A stretch of 64,000 nucleotides of DNA, taken from the NCBI GenBank assembly GCA_014905635.1, contig JABVCE010000039.1:124001-188000 (forward strand). The letters run 5' to 3'. Below the pieces are notes generated by a model. The model saw only the letters and a list, made by a program, of their open reading frames with translations, was not told where the DNA came from and did not search any database. The translations under genes were made by a program, and so were the position numbers. Position 1 is the first letter of the stretch. Each line of letters begins with the position of its first letter. This DNA comes from Scenedesmus sp. PABB004. Its lineage: Eukaryota. Positions 12,217 to 25,600 of this stretch are shown piece by piece.

Positions 12217-13618
12217 ATGGAGCTCGCTGGCAGCAAAGCGCGCCGCTGGGCTGCCGCTGCCTGGCCCGCGCGCTCGGCCGCCGTCCCCCGAGCGAGCGGC
12301 CTGCTGCTGGCAGCCGGCCTGCTACTACTAGGGATTGCGCTCCTGCGTGGCCAGAGACCAGCAGAACCGCCCCCCTGGCCGGCGCCGGCGGCGGGGGCTG
12401 GCCGGCCCGCGCAGCTCCCGGCGGCGCGCGGCCCGCCGGCCTTCGGCCCGGGCGCGGCAACGTTCAAGATTCTGCACGTCTCGGACACGCAGGCCGGCGG
12501 CGCCGGCTGCGCAGCGCTCGACGCGGCCGGCGCGCGCGCGCTCGCCGAGCTGCTCGCGGCCGAGGTGGCCGACGGCGGCGTTGACCTGGTGGTCCATACG
12601 GGCGACGTGGTGCACGGCGACGACGTGTCGGGCACCGACACCGCCGCCTGGGCGACCTTCGCGCTCACGCCCCTGGCCGCGGCGGGCGTCCCGTTCGCGG
12701 TCACGCTGGGCAACCACGACGGCGTGCAGCGGCGCGCGCGCCGGCGCCGGGGCGCGGCCGAGGCGCAGGGCGGCGCCGGAGGCGCGCGCGCGTGTGCTGG
12801 CCGCGTGCGCCGCGCTGCCGGGCTGCCTCGTGCCGCCCGCCGCTGTCGCGGCCGCCGCGGCGGGCGGGGCGGCAAACTATGAGCTGCCCGTGCTCCTCAG
12901 CTCGCCGCACGGTGCCGCCAACCCAGAGCCAGAGCGGGTGGCGTTCCGCCTCGTCCTGCTGGACACGGGCGGCGGCAGCGCGCCGAAGGGCGTCCCCGAG
13001 AGCAGCCTGGACTGGCTCGAGAGCCTGGCGGAGCCGCGCGGCGCGAGCGCGAGCGGCGGCGGCGGCGCGGCCACGCCCCCGCCAGCGCTGCTCTTCCGTC
13101 ACCACCCCTCGGTGCAGCTGGCGGACGCGTGGCGCGGTCGCGACGCACACGACACGCGCTGCCCGTCACACGCAGGGAGCGTCGACGGGGAGCGGGTCCA
13201 ACCGGCGCCGGCCGCGGACGAGGCGCGCTACCTGGTGGCACTGCGCGCGCTGCGCGTCGTCGTGAGTGCGGTGGGGCACGACCATGCCAACGACCGCTGC
13301 TGCCGCGTGGGCGACGGCAGCGACGGCGGCGGCGGCGGGGCGGGGGGCCGGCAGGAGTGGGGCTGGCAGGAGTGCTACGCCAGACACGCCTCGTTCGGCC
13401 AGTACTGGCTCGGGGACGACGGCGCGACGCTGCGCTTCTGCACGAGCTGGCGCGTGTTGCCGCGCCGCGGCCCGCACGCCGTGCCGCGCGGCGTGCGCGT
13501 GTTCTCGCTCGGCCGCAACGGCAGCGTTGCCACGCACCTGCGCCTGGCCGCGCCGCGCGGCGGCGGCAGCGCCAAGGGCCCCGTCACCCTGCTGCACCCG
13601 GGCGGCGCCGACGGCTGA
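12217..13618 (+). CDS. Calcineurin-like metallophosphoesterase (DCR2 / PAP16-like) with N-terminal membrane anchor; frame change near 12730-12768
   Basis: Motifs in order: FKILHVSDTQ, DLVVHTGDVV, PFAVTLGNHD, then in another frame LVLLDTG, LLFRHHP, AVGHDHAND, PRGVRVF. Hydrophobic LLLAAGLLLLGIALL near the N-terminus. Confidence 0.8.
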
Positions 13619-13697
13619 GCCGCGGGGTATCGGGAGGCCAGCGTGCGCGCGCGACCAGTAACACTCGTTGCGCGCTCTCCCCCAGGGTGGGTGTCGG

Positions 13698-16600
13698 TCA
13701 GATCCAGGGCGCCCAGCCCTCGTACATTCGGCTCAGCCGGTCGACGCTCGTCGCGGCCGCCACGAGGCGCGCGACCTCCGCCGCCACGCCGCCCCCGCGC
13801 GGCCCGGCATCGCACACGCCGGCCGCCAGCCCCGCGTCGCTGCTGCTGCGCCGCGCGGCGTCGCCGTCTCCGGCAGGCGTGCCCGTGAGGCGCGCCATGC
13901 ACCGCGCCAGCGCCGCCTCGGCGAACGCGCGCCGCCGCGCCTCCGCGCGCGCGCGGCGCGCGCCGCCGGCACCGCCCGGGCCCGCGCCCGCGTCGGGCGC
14001 CGCGGGCGCGTGCTCGGCGGTGATTGCGTCTGCGACCGTCCCCGCCGCCGCGGCGAGGCCGTCCAGCTGGTGGCTCAGCTGCGTGAGCAGCACGTGCGCC
14101 TGGCCCAGCTCCGCCAGCTCCTGCCGCACGCCCTGCAGCGCGGGCGCCATGTGCACCAGCAGCAGGCGCAGCAGCGCTGCCTCCGCCGCCTCCGGCGCCT
14201 GCGCCGCCTGCCCGCCCGCGCCCGCCGCCGCCTCGCGGTGCAGGCGCAGCGCCTCCTGCAGCCCCGCCGCCGCGGCGGCGCCGACGTCGCGCAGGCGGCG
14301 CAGCACGGCGGCGCAGCGCGCGTGCAGCGCGGCCGTGTCGCGCGTCATCGGCGCGAGGTCCCGCGCCGCGCCTGCGCGCGCGACCAGGCCGGCCAGCGCG
14401 GACAGCGTGTCGCCGACGCCGCCCGTCACGAGAGCCAGCGCGGCCTCCGCGCCGCCCACCATCGGCGGCAGCACCGGCTCCAGCGCCTGCGCGCGCGCCA
14501 GCGCCGGCCGCGTCTTGCGCGCCAGCTCCGCCTCGGCGGCCGCCACATCGGCGCCCGCCTCCTCCAGCGCCGCCGCGGCCGCCGCGCCGGCCGCGCGGCA
14601 CGACGCGCCGCGCGCCTCGGCCGCCGCAGCGGCGGCCCGCGCGCTCGCCAGCGCGCTGGCCGTGGCGCTGAGCTGCGAGAGCAGCGAGGCGTTGCCCTGG
14701 AACGCCTCGACGCCGCCAGGCTCGCCTGCGCGCGGGGCGGCGGGCGGGCGCCGCAGGGCTCGCCCGGCGAGGCGGCGGCGGCCCGGCGCGGGCGGCGGCA
14801 CCTTGCAGAGAGCCCCCCCCCTCTCCATCAGCACACACACCTGGCGCCCAGAGCCGGCCGCGGCGGCTGAACTCCAGCTGCAGCGCCGCCTCGCTCAGCT
14901 GCGACACCCCCGCGGCCACGCCAGCCGCGGCGCGCGCCCACGCGTGGCAGCGGCCGCTCAGGCCCGTCAGCACCTGCGAGCGGCGCGCGGCGCGCGTCGG
15001 CTTGGGCGGCGACAGGCGCCCCTGACGCGGCGCAGGCGCGCGTGCTGCGGACGTGTTCGGGCTCCGGGCTCACCTTGAGGCACACGCCTGGGTCGCCCAG
15101 CACGGCGCTGTCGCGCCCCGGCGCCAGCGCGGCCACGCACTCGCGCGCCGCGACGACGGCGGCGCCCGACTCCGCCTGCCACGCCGCCGTGGCGTCCGCC
15201 AGCCCTGCAGCACCGTCCGCCACCTCCTGCCAGGCAGCCAGCAGCTCCGCTCGGCTGGGCACGGCGCCGACGCCGGCGTCGGCGCCGCCAGTGCCGGCGC
15301 CACCGGCCGGCCCCAGCAGCAGGTCTGGCAGGGGTGCGCAGGGCGTGCGTGCTGCGCCACCGTCTGGGTGGAGCGGCAGCTGCGCCGCCAGCCCTGTCGC
15401 CACGGCAAACCACTGCAGGGCCGCGCCCGGCACTAGTGCCGCAGCCGCGGTCGCCGCCGCCGAGACGGCCTCGCTGGCGCCGTCACCGCCGTCGCTGCCG
15501 GTCGCGGCCGCGGCCGCAAGGGCCGCCTCCGCCATCGGGCGCAGCAGGGCCGCCGCCTCGGCCGCCGCCCCGGCCGGCCCCTCCTCCTGGGCCAGCAGGT
15601 CGCCCCACGCCCACTCGAACGCCGCGAGGTGCCGCAGCCACGTGCGCTGCTGCCACTCGACGCTGGGCGCCGCCTGCTGCAGCCCCACGCGCGCCTGCGT
15701 GCACGACAGCTGGCGCGCCCTGGCGAGGCTCGCGACCAGCAGCTCCTCGCCCAGGGCCTGCGCCTCGGGGGCCGCGGCGGCCGCGCCGATCTCTGGCGCC
15801 CCGGGGCTGTCTTCCAAGCCCAAGCCCTCCAGCTCCTCCGCCAGCGCCCCGAGGCCGGCGCCATCCTCCAGGCACGCCCCCGCGCCCGGCAGGTCAGGGT
15901 CGAACGCGTCGAACGGCACCAGCGCCGGCAGGCCCTCCCCGGCGCCGCGCGCTCGCTCGCCGCCGTCCAGCCAGTCGGGGGCGGGCTCGTCGTCTGCCGA
16001 GCCGCTGCTGCCCAGACCGCCCAGCTCCTCCTCCTCCAAGGCCTCGCCGGCGCCGGCCAGGTCCGGGTCGAAGGCATCAAACGGCACCAGCTCTGCGCGC
16101 GCGCCGTCGCCGCCATCGTCATCGGGGCCCCCGAGGCCCTCCAGGCCCCCGAGGCCCTCCAGGCCCCCGAGGCCCTCCAGGCCCCCCGCCTGGGTGCTGC
16201 CACCGCTGCCACGCCGCACGTGCACAACGCTGCCGCCGCCGCCGCCGTGCTGGCGCTGCAGCGCGGCCGCCGCCTCGCGCGCGAGCGCGTCGAGGTGGCG
16301 CTGCAGCGCGCCCAGCTGCTGCTGCAGCGGCGGTAGCAGCGCGCCCGTCAGCGCCGGCAGCAGCGCCGCCTGCAGCTGCTGCAGCAGGCAGTGCGGCCGC
16401 GCCGCGTCGGGGCCTCCCGCAGCTGGCGCCGCCAGCTCGTGCAGCGCCTGCACCACAAACACGAGCGGTCGGAACTGCTCCAGGTCGAGCGGCAGCGCCG
16501 CCGCGCCGCGCAGCACGTCGGTGGCGCCGCCCGGGCCGCCGAGCTGGCGCTGCTCGCGGCGGGCGTGTGCCTGCAGGCAGCCACACTGCAGCAGCAGCAC

Positions 16601-19600
16601 GACCGGCCCGAGCCACGCGGCGTCCAGGTCTGGCGCGCCCCAGCGCGCACCGGCGGCGCCGCCCGCGCTGCCGAGCCCCGGCAGGCCGCCCCCGCCAGCT
16701 GCGCCCGCGAGCGCGTCCGCCACGTCGCAGCGGTGCATGAGAGCGCCGGACGCCACCGAGGCGGCTGCGGCCGCCAGCAGCTGCTGCAGCACCGCGGCGC
16801 CGCACTCGTCGACCGCCGCGGCGCTGCAGGCAGCCAGGTGCGCCAGCACCGCGCCGTCGGGGCCCGGCGGCGCGTCGGGAGCCTCGGCGCGGGCGTCCCG
16901 CCACGCCTCGGGGCCTAGGCTGCTCACGCCCAGCAGCGGGCAGAGGCAGGCCGCGAGGCTCTGTGCCACGCGCCGCTTGAGCTCCGCCCACTGCGACTGC
17001 AGCAGCTGCGCCGCGGCGGCGCAGTCGTCCGGCAGCGCCACGTCGCAGCCCTGCGGTGCCAGCGCCGCCTGCAGCGCGGCCGCCTGGGCACCGAGCGGCG
17101 CGTCGCCCGGGGGATCGCCGCTGCGCCGCCGGCGGCCGCCACGGCCGCCAGCGCCTGCATCTGGCCCTCGAGCGTCGCCGCCGCGGCGAGCTGCTGCTGC
17201 AGCTGCTGCCACGTCGCCGCCACCAGCAGCCCGCCGGCGCGCCACAGCTGAAGCTGGCTGACTGGCCCGGCCGGCAGCAGCACGGCGCCGCAGTGGTCAT
17301 CCGGCGCTGGCGACTCCGCCAGCGCCTCGCTGCCCCCGGCGCCGGCCGCCGCCGCCCACGCGGCCAGGGCCGGCACTGCCTCAAAGCGCAGCGCCGTCAC
17401 CAGCTGCTGCTGCAGCTGCAGCTGCGCCGTCGCGTCGGCCACCCAGGCGTGCTGCACGGCGCCGCCGCGACTCGCCGCCGCGCACAGCGCTGCCAGGCGC
17501 TGCTCCTCGTCCCCCGCGTCGCCCGGCAGCTCGTCCAGCGAGGCGGCCGCGTCGGGGAGCTCGTCGCTCAGCTGGGAGGCCGCCGGGTCCAGCAGCGGCG
17601 CCAGCCCCGCCGCCTGCATCTCCAGCAGCGCCGCCTGCAGCGCAGAGAGCCGCAGCTGCAGCGCGGCGGCGCCCGCCGCACGCTCGTCGACGCCCGCGCC
17701 GCGGCGCTGCAGCTCCGCCTGCTCGCGTGCGGCACGTGCGACCTCCTCGCACACGGCGCCCAGCGCCTGGCTCGCCGCGAGCTGCGCTGTGGCCGCCTGC
17801 CGCTCGCTGCCGCCGCCCAGCTGGTGGCCGAGCCGGCGCAGGGCGGGCGCGAGCCGGCCCGGCTCGCCGCCCCCGCCCTCCGCGTCTGCGTCTGCTGCCG
17901 AGCTGGTGGCGGCCGCGTGCTGCCGCTGGCACCCCTGGCAGACCGCCCAGGTGGCGGCCAGCGCCGCCCAGGCACCGCGCGCCGCGCCAGCCGGCGGCAG
18001 CTCCGGCGCGGCCGCGCCGGCCGCCGCCAGCTGCTGCAGCGTGGGGCCCGAGGCCGCCGCCGTCAGCGCGTGGCTCCAGGCCCAGTGGTGGCTGCCCCGG
18101 ACGTAGTCGGCTGCGGCGGTGCGCGGTGCGTGGCATGAGGCGCGGCAAAGGCGGCAGGGCGGCGGCGGCGATGCCCGAGCGGAGCGGCCCCTCTCACCGG
18201 GCAGCAGGTGGGCGAGCAGCGCGGCGTAGCTGCCCAGCGCCCAGCGCCCCAGGCCCGCCAGCCGCGCCTGCCGGCACAGCAGCGCCGCGCCCGCGGCGTC
18301 GGCGGCGGCGCAGCGCGCCAGCACGTCGCGCGGCAGCACGTCGCTGGCGCGCGACCCCTGCGACAGCACCGCGCCCAGCGCCTGCCCCAGGATGCCATGG
18401 CCGCCGGTGCCGCCGTCGCTGCCATGGCTGCCGGTGCCGCCGTCGTTGCCGCCGCCGGCATCATTGGGGGCGAGCAGCAGCAGCGCGCGGTCGCTCGCGG
18501 CGCCGTCCCACTCGCCGCGCGGCGCGAGCAGGCACGCAGCGGCTGCGCCGCCGCCGCCGCCCGCCGCGCCGCCGCCCGCCGCAGCGCGCAGGGCGGCGAG
18601 CGTCTGCTCGTGCCGGCCGAGCCAGTTGGCAGCCGACGCCAAGCAGCTGCCCGCCAGGCCGCAGAGGCGCCGGTAGTCTGACCCGAGCGCGCCGGCCTGC
18701 GCCGCCGCGGCGCCGCCCGCGGCCGCCGCGGCGACCTCGCCCGCCGCCGCCTCGGCGGCCGCCGCGCGCGCGGACGCGGTGCGCCGCGCCGCCGCGTCCG
18801 CGCCCGCCGCCAGGCGCGCCATGTAAGCGTGAGCCTCGCCGTAGGCCACCACGGCGGCCAGGCCGTCGCCGACGCTCGGCAGCGCGCCCGCCAGGCCCAC
18901 CAGCAGCGGGCCGCGCAGCTCCTCCATGCTGCGGCGCGGCGGCGGCGGCGGCGCGCTCAGGCGGCGCCGCGGGGTGCGGCGCGGCACCAGGCGGTGGCCG
19001 CGGGCGGCGCACCGCAAGGCGAAGAGCTTGAGGCTGACGCTCGTGTCCTGGTCCTTGCGCGCCGCGTGGACCTCGCGCTCCGCGCTCCAGTCGACCGCGG
19101 GGTCGGCGAGCAGCAGGCGCAGCAGCGCGCCGAGCGTGCCCGCCGCGCCGCGCAGCGCGCCGAGCACGGCCGCGGCGGACGCCGCGAAGGGCCCGTCGAG
19201 GCCGCCCGGGCCAAGCGCGGACGTCATCATGCCGGTCAGCCGGAAGGGCACGACCTCAGGCACGCCCAGGCCAGCGCCCTTGTCGAAGCAGACGCTGAAG
19301 TCGATGTGCACCAGCTCGCCGCTGCCCGGCTCCAGCAGCAGGTTGTCGAGGTGCCGGTCCCCCAGGCCCAGCAGCCAGCCAAGCACGCTGCCCGCGGCGG
19401 CCGAGGACGCGAAGCGGTGCCGCGCCACCCACCAGCCGCCCGGCGTCGCCGCCGCGGCGAGCAGCGCGCGCGCGAGCAGGGGACGCGGCGCGTCGCGCTG
19501 CAGCGACAGGAAGGTCGCGCGCAGCACGGCTGCGGGCGCGGCGGAGGGCGCGGGCGGGCAAGGCGCGGGCGAGCGAGGGGTGGGTGCGCGAGCGGCGCAG

Positions 19601-22600
19601 CGGTGAGCGCGCGCGGCGCGGCGCGGCGCCGCACCCGCCGGCCACGCGGAGCGCGGCGCGCCCACGGGCACGCCCGCCGCCTGCAGCGCGGGCAGCAGGC
19701 GCGCGTAAAAAGCCTCCGCGGGGCGGGCGGCCGCCACCATCAGCGGCAGCGCCGCCTCGCCGCCGGGCGCCGCCGGCGCCTGGCCGCCCTCGCCGCCCGC
19801 CTGGCCGCCGGCCGCGGCTGCGGCCGCGTCGCGCTTCGCGGCGGCCACCGCCTGGACGCGGTCTGCGGTCGCAGCCTGCCACGCGCGCACGAGGCCGAAG
19901 AGCGACGTCGTGCCGCGCACCCACTGCACCAGCCCCGCGCGCCGCCCAAACGGCGTCACGCTGTACGGCCGCACGCGCAGCGCGCCGCCGCCGCCGCCGC
20001 CGCCGCCGGCCGCGCAGGCGGCCAGCGCGCCGCCGGCGCCGCCGCCGCCGCCGGCCGCGTCGCCGCTGGGCGACGCGCGCAGCAGCGCGTTGGCGGCGCG
20101 CAGCGCCTGCATGACCCGCTCGTCGACGCGCAGGTCGTCGCGGCCCTTGAGCAGGAACGCGTGGCCGCTGCCGTCGCTGGCGAGCAGGCGCAGGCGCTTG
20201 GGCCGCGTCTTGGTCGGCAGCACCAGCACGCGGCGGTCAAACCCTGCGATGCACAGCCAGCCGCCGCCGCCGCCGGCCGCCGCGAGCGCGACGCGTCCGC
20301 CCGCCGCCGGGCCGCCGGCGCCCGCGAGCGCGGCGCGCAGCGGCAGTGGCGGCAGCGTCGCGGCCGTGGAGTCGTCCGCGGGCAGCGGGATGGCGCTGTC
20401 AGCCAGCAGGCCCGCCAGCAGCGGCGCGGCGCGCGAGAGGTCGAGCTCCCGCTGCGCGCGCAGCACGCCCGCCAGCTGCGCCTGCAGCGCCTTGAGCGGC
20501 GCCCAGGCGGCGGGCGAAGCCTTGGCCTTGGGCGCCTGCGCGGCGCGCGGCGGCCAGTCGTCGGCGCAGCGCGGGGCGGCCCGCGGCACCGGGCCCAGGC
20601 TCCCTGGCTGGCCAGCGCACCTCTGCGCCGTCGCCGCCCGCCGCATGCTCGGCGGCCGCCAGCAGCTCCGGCGGCGGCGCCGACAGCGCGCCGACGAGGC
20701 CCTGCAGCTGCGGCAGCACCTGCTGCCGAAACGCCTCGTCGTCGGGCGACGCCGGCGGCGCCGCGGTGGCGGCCGCGAGGTGGCGCGTGAGCGTGGCCAG
20801 CGCGGGGGCCATCACGGTGTGGTACCTGGGCGGCGGCGGCGGCGGCGGCGGCGGCGGTCGGCACGGGGCGGCGCTGCCGCGCGAGCGGCCGGCCGCTGCT
20901 GGCGCGGGCGCGCGCCCACCTGTTTGCGAGCAGCTCCGCGCGGCGCTGCCGGCTGAGCCCCTGGCCGTCCTGGCGCGCGGCGTCGGCCTGTGCGGCGGCG
21001 GCGGCGGTCAACAGGCGGCGGTCAGCGGGGCGCGTGCCCGGCGCCCCGCGTGCTCGGCGCCCCAGCTGCGCCGCGGCGCCCGACCTGCAGCGCCAGGAGC
21101 TTTCGGTTGACGTCCAGCGCCAGCTCGCCCAGCAGGCCCGCCCAGGCCTCGGTGGGCGTGACGGTCAGTGCCTCGAGCGCGGCCGCCATGGCCGTCGTGT
21201 CGGCCAGCAGCCGCGGCTGGCGCGCCTGCAGGCGGGCCACCACCGCCGACAGCTCCGCGGGCGGCTGCGGGCGGTTCGGGGCGCGCAGGCGGCGGGCGGG
21301 GCGGCGTGGGCGGCGGGCCGCCGAGGTTCGGCCCGCAGGCGGGCCAGCCGGCAGCGCCGCCCGACTGCGCCGGCGGGCACGGGCCCGCCCAGCTCCGCGC
21401 TGCGCGCGCACCTCCTGCCCCGCCTCCGCTGCGGCGCGCGCCTGCACCACGAGCGGGTACAGCACTGCGCGAGGGACGACCACGGCCAGGCCCTGCAGCA
21501 GGCCCTGCGCCAGCCCCCGCACCGCCGCGCTCGGCTGCTGCAGCAGGCCCAGCAGCTGCGGCGTGAGCACCTGCCACGCGGCCGCGGGGCAGCGCCCCAG
21601 CGCCGCGGCCAGCGGCGCCGCCAGCGCGTCGCCGTGCTGCACGATGGCGCCCAGCAGGCGGAGCAGCACGCCCAGGCCCTGCTCTGGCGAGTCCAGGGCC
21701 TTGGCGTTCACCGCAGCGGCCAGGTGCGCGCAGTCGGCCTCGGCCGCCGCCGCCAGCACGCGCTGGTGCAGCGCGGCCGCCGCCGTGCCCTCCTGCTGCT
21801 CCAGCTGGCACGCCAGGCCGTGCAGCAGGTCGCCGAACGCCCGCCACGCCGCCGGGCTGGCAGGCGCGGCGGCCGCGGCAGCAGCGCAGCACGCCGCCGC
21901 CGGCAGCGCGGCCGCGGCCAAGCCGGGCGCGGCGGCGGCGGCTGCGCCCCCGACCGCGGCTGCGTCTGACCCCTGTCGCTGCAGCTGCTTCAGGCTCGCG
22001 GCGTGCAGCTGCTGCCAGTCCACGACGCTGGCATCAGCATGCCCCTGCCCCGCGCGCACCAGCAGGTCCGCGAGCGAGAGGAAGGCCGCCGCAGCGGCTG
22101 CGCCGGCGCCCAGTGCGCCCTCCGCGCCGGCCCTGCCGCAGGCGCCGCCGCTGCTGTCGCCGCCGCCGCCTTCCAGCAGCGGCAGCTGCGCTGCCTGGCG
22201 CAGCAGCTCCACGTGGGCGGCGATCGCGCCGCCAACGTCGCCACCGACCGCGGGCTCGCCCAGGCGCAGCTTGCTGCAAGCCAGCCGCAGCCACATCACC
22301 TCCGCGCCGCCACCGCACGCCGCCCCCGCGCTGTGCAGCAGCCGCTGCACCGCGGCGGCGCAGCCGCCAACATGGGCGGCCAGCGCCGCCTCGCGCAGCA
22401 GCAGGTTGAGCGGCGGACGGCAGTGCGGGTGCGCGGCGCTGCCGGCGCGCAGCACCTGCGGGCGGCGCGCGGGCGCAGCGCCCGCGTGTGTGGGGGGCGC
22501 TCGCGGCAGGTTCCCTGCGCCTGCGCTGCCGCCGCTCCCACCCACCTCGATCAGGGGCGTCACGCACTGCAGGTCGCCCAGGCTGCTGGCGGCGAGGCGC

Positions 22601-25600
22601 CCGTCGTCCCTCAGGGCGCCCGCCCAGCAGCTGCCGCCAGCGTGCCGCGCCGCCGACAGGCTCGCCACCAGGTGCGCAAGCGCTGGCAGCGCTTGCTGCT
22701 CCACTGCGTCTGTCGCCGCGGCCGCTTGCAGCAGCTGCGAAGCAGCCAGCTGGAGCAGCAGGCCGCTGGGCGGCGCGCCGCCGGCGCCGCCAGCACCACC
22801 GCCGCCACTTGCTGCCAGCACTGCGAGCGGGCTGCTGGCGACCTGCTGCGCCTGCCGCTCCAGCTCCCCCAGCGCCGCCTCGAGCGCCTGCGAACTCTGA
22901 GCCTGACCCCGCTTCGCCCGGCACTGCTCGCCGCTGTCAGCCGCGTCTGAGCCCGAGCGCTGCAGCACAGCCAGCGCGTTCAGCAGCGCCTGTCCCGCAG
23001 CAGTCAGCCCCGGCACGCGGCAGTCGGCCGGGTCCAGCAGCTGGGGCGCCGCCGCGTGCTGGCCGGCCAGCGGCAGCGACCACCGTGTGAGCGCCTCGGC
23101 GCCCGCCGCGCCGCCTGCGGGCCAGCACTGCACGCCCGGCGGCGCCGCCTCCGCGGGCTGCTGCTCGCCGGCGAGTGCCGCCAGGCCGCGCCAGTCGCCG
23201 AGGGCGGCGTAGCAGGCGGCCATGTGCTCCAGCACCATGCCGCGCAGGCACGCACCGAGCGGCAGCCGCGCCGCCTCGCAGCCCAGCCAGGCGCGGTGCG
23301 CCGCGAGCGCCGCCTCGTAGCGCCCCGCCGCCTGCGCGGCCGCGCCGTGCAGCCAGGCCAGCAGCTGCTGCGTGCCGCCGGGCTCGCCGCTGGGCTCGCC
23401 CTCCCAGGCGGCCGCGTCCGCCTGGTCCAGGCTCAGGCTGAGGTCGAGCGCGTACAGCTGCGCCGCCGCGCGCCAGACCGGAAGGAACGCGCGGTGCGCC
23501 CACGCCTGCAGGCCCGCCAGCACGCCGGGCTCGCGCGCCGCGACCAGCGCGTCCGCGAGCAGCGCCAGCGCGCCCACCACCGCGGGCGCCAGGCGCAGCA
23601 GCGCGGCGTCGTAGGCCCGCCGCAGCGCGCGCGCCTGCTCCTGCACGGCGCCAGCCGCCGCCGCGCTGACGGCGGCGCCGCCGCCGTCCGCGGCCACCGG
23701 CGCCTTGCGCGCACCCCCGCCAGCTCCGGCTGCTGCTGCTGCTGCTGCTGCGGCTGGGGCGCCTGCTGCGCGTGCCTGCCCGCGAGCAGCTTGCCCTGCC
23801 TGCCCGGCTGCGCGCCGCCGCCGCCGCCGCCGCGGCCGCCCAGGCCTGTGATGGCGGCGGCAGCGGCGGCAGCGGCCGCAGCCGCCGAGGTCGCCGCTGG
23901 GGTGTCGCTGCCGGCGCCGCCGGCACGCTGCCGCGCGCGGTCCTGCTGCTTCTGCTTGGCCTGCTGCTGCGCCTGCTGCGCCTGCTGTGCCTGCTGCGCC
24001 TGCTGCGCCTGCTGTGCCTGCTGCGCCTGCTGCGCCTGCGCTGCGAGCGCCGCCTGCTGCGCCTGGTAGCGCGCGGTCAGCGCCTTGAGGCCGCCCGCAA
24101 GCTCCTGCAGCCGCGCGCTGCCCTGGTAAAAAGCGTGCGCCGCCGCGCCCGACGCCGCCGCGAGCGCAAGCAGCGCCTCGCGCGTGCGCGCGAGCCACTC
24201 CTCGCACACCTTGCGGTTGCCGGCGAAGAACGCCAGACCGCCGCGCCCCGCGCCCGGGCGCAGCGGGCTGCCCTCCGCTGCGGCGGTGACGTTGACCTCG
24301 AGCGCCAGCATGAAGTCCAGCAGGCACCCCGCACTCACCTCCCACTCCAGGCGCGCCGCCTCGGACGCGGCCAGCGCGGCCGCGGTCGGCGCGCCGCCGC
24401 CGCCGCCGGGCGCCGCGCCGCGGGCCGCCCGCGCCGGCGGCGCCTGCAGCAGCTGCTGCGGCGCCTGCAGCAGCTGCTGCGGCGCCGGCGGCGGCTGCCC
24501 GTCCTGCTGCGCCTCGCCCGCCGCAGCCGGCGCCGGCACGGCGGCCGCGAGCTGCGCCAGCAGCGCCTGCTGCCACGCGCGCTGCGTTGCCGCGGGCGAG
24601 CCGTCGGCGGCGAGCCTGTGCGTCATCGCCGCCAGGATGCGCTCGAGGCTGTTGAACGTCTGGCTGGGGTTGCCCAGGTGCGTGCGCAGCCGCGCGCTGA
24701 CGCAGTGCCGCGCCGCCTCCTGCGTGAGGAGCCAGGCCGTGGCCGCGGCGCTGTCCAGCGCCTCAAACGTCACCAGCGCCGAGCCGGCCTTGGCGCCGGC
24801 GCCGCCGGCCTTGTCACCAGGGCCGGCCGCGCCCGGCAGCAGCGCCGGCAGCGCCTGCGCGAGCGCGTTCAGCGCCTGCGACTGCGCGTGCCATGCAGCA
24901 AACGCGCCCTCCTCCTGCGCCTGCTGCTCGGCGGGCGGGCCCGCCTGCCGCCGCTGCAGCAGCGGCGGCGAGGCCCTGAACAGCTGCTCAAACAGCTGCG
25001 CCAGCTGCGCGGGCGCAAAGGCGCGCTGCTGCGGCTGCAGCGCCGCGCCCCGCAGCCAGGCCTCGCCGGCGCAGCCGTGGCGGTTCCCGTGGCCGGCCGC
25101 CGTGAGCAAAAAGAGCGGCAGCGCCAGCTGCGCGGTGTGCGCCTGCGCCGCCGCTGCCACCGAGGCGTCCAGGTCGCTGCAGCGCCCCGCCAACAGCTGC
25201 AGCAGCGGCGGCAGGCATCCAGCATCGACTGCATCGCCCGCCGCCGTGCCCGTCAGCCAAAGGCCCCGCGCCAGCGCCGCCGTGGCCTCCACCGCGGCGC
25301 CGCGCAGGCCTGGGTCCGACCCCGCGCCCGTCGCGCCGAGCACAGCCAGGGCTCGCTGCCAGGACGCACCCGCGACATCGCCTGCGTCGGTCCGTTGCTG
25401 CTGCTGCAGCAGCAGCTCCGGCAGCAGCGCCACCGCCGCGCAGCGTGTGGGCACAGCTACGCCGGGCGTCAGCGCCAGCAGCTCCGCGCACTCCAGCAGC
25501 TGCTGGCTCCCTCCGCTGCCGCACGCTGCGACCGCCCGCGCGACCGCCAGCACCTGCTCCGCCACGTCCGCGTCGCCCAGCAGCCCCGGAGCCACGCCTG

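Noticed and set aside
16126..16185. 18-nt tandem repeat (GGLEGL x3) and the (QAQ)n repeat near 23960-24040
   Set aside because: In-frame low-complexity repeats within SMG1; no spacers, so not CRISPR or mobile.
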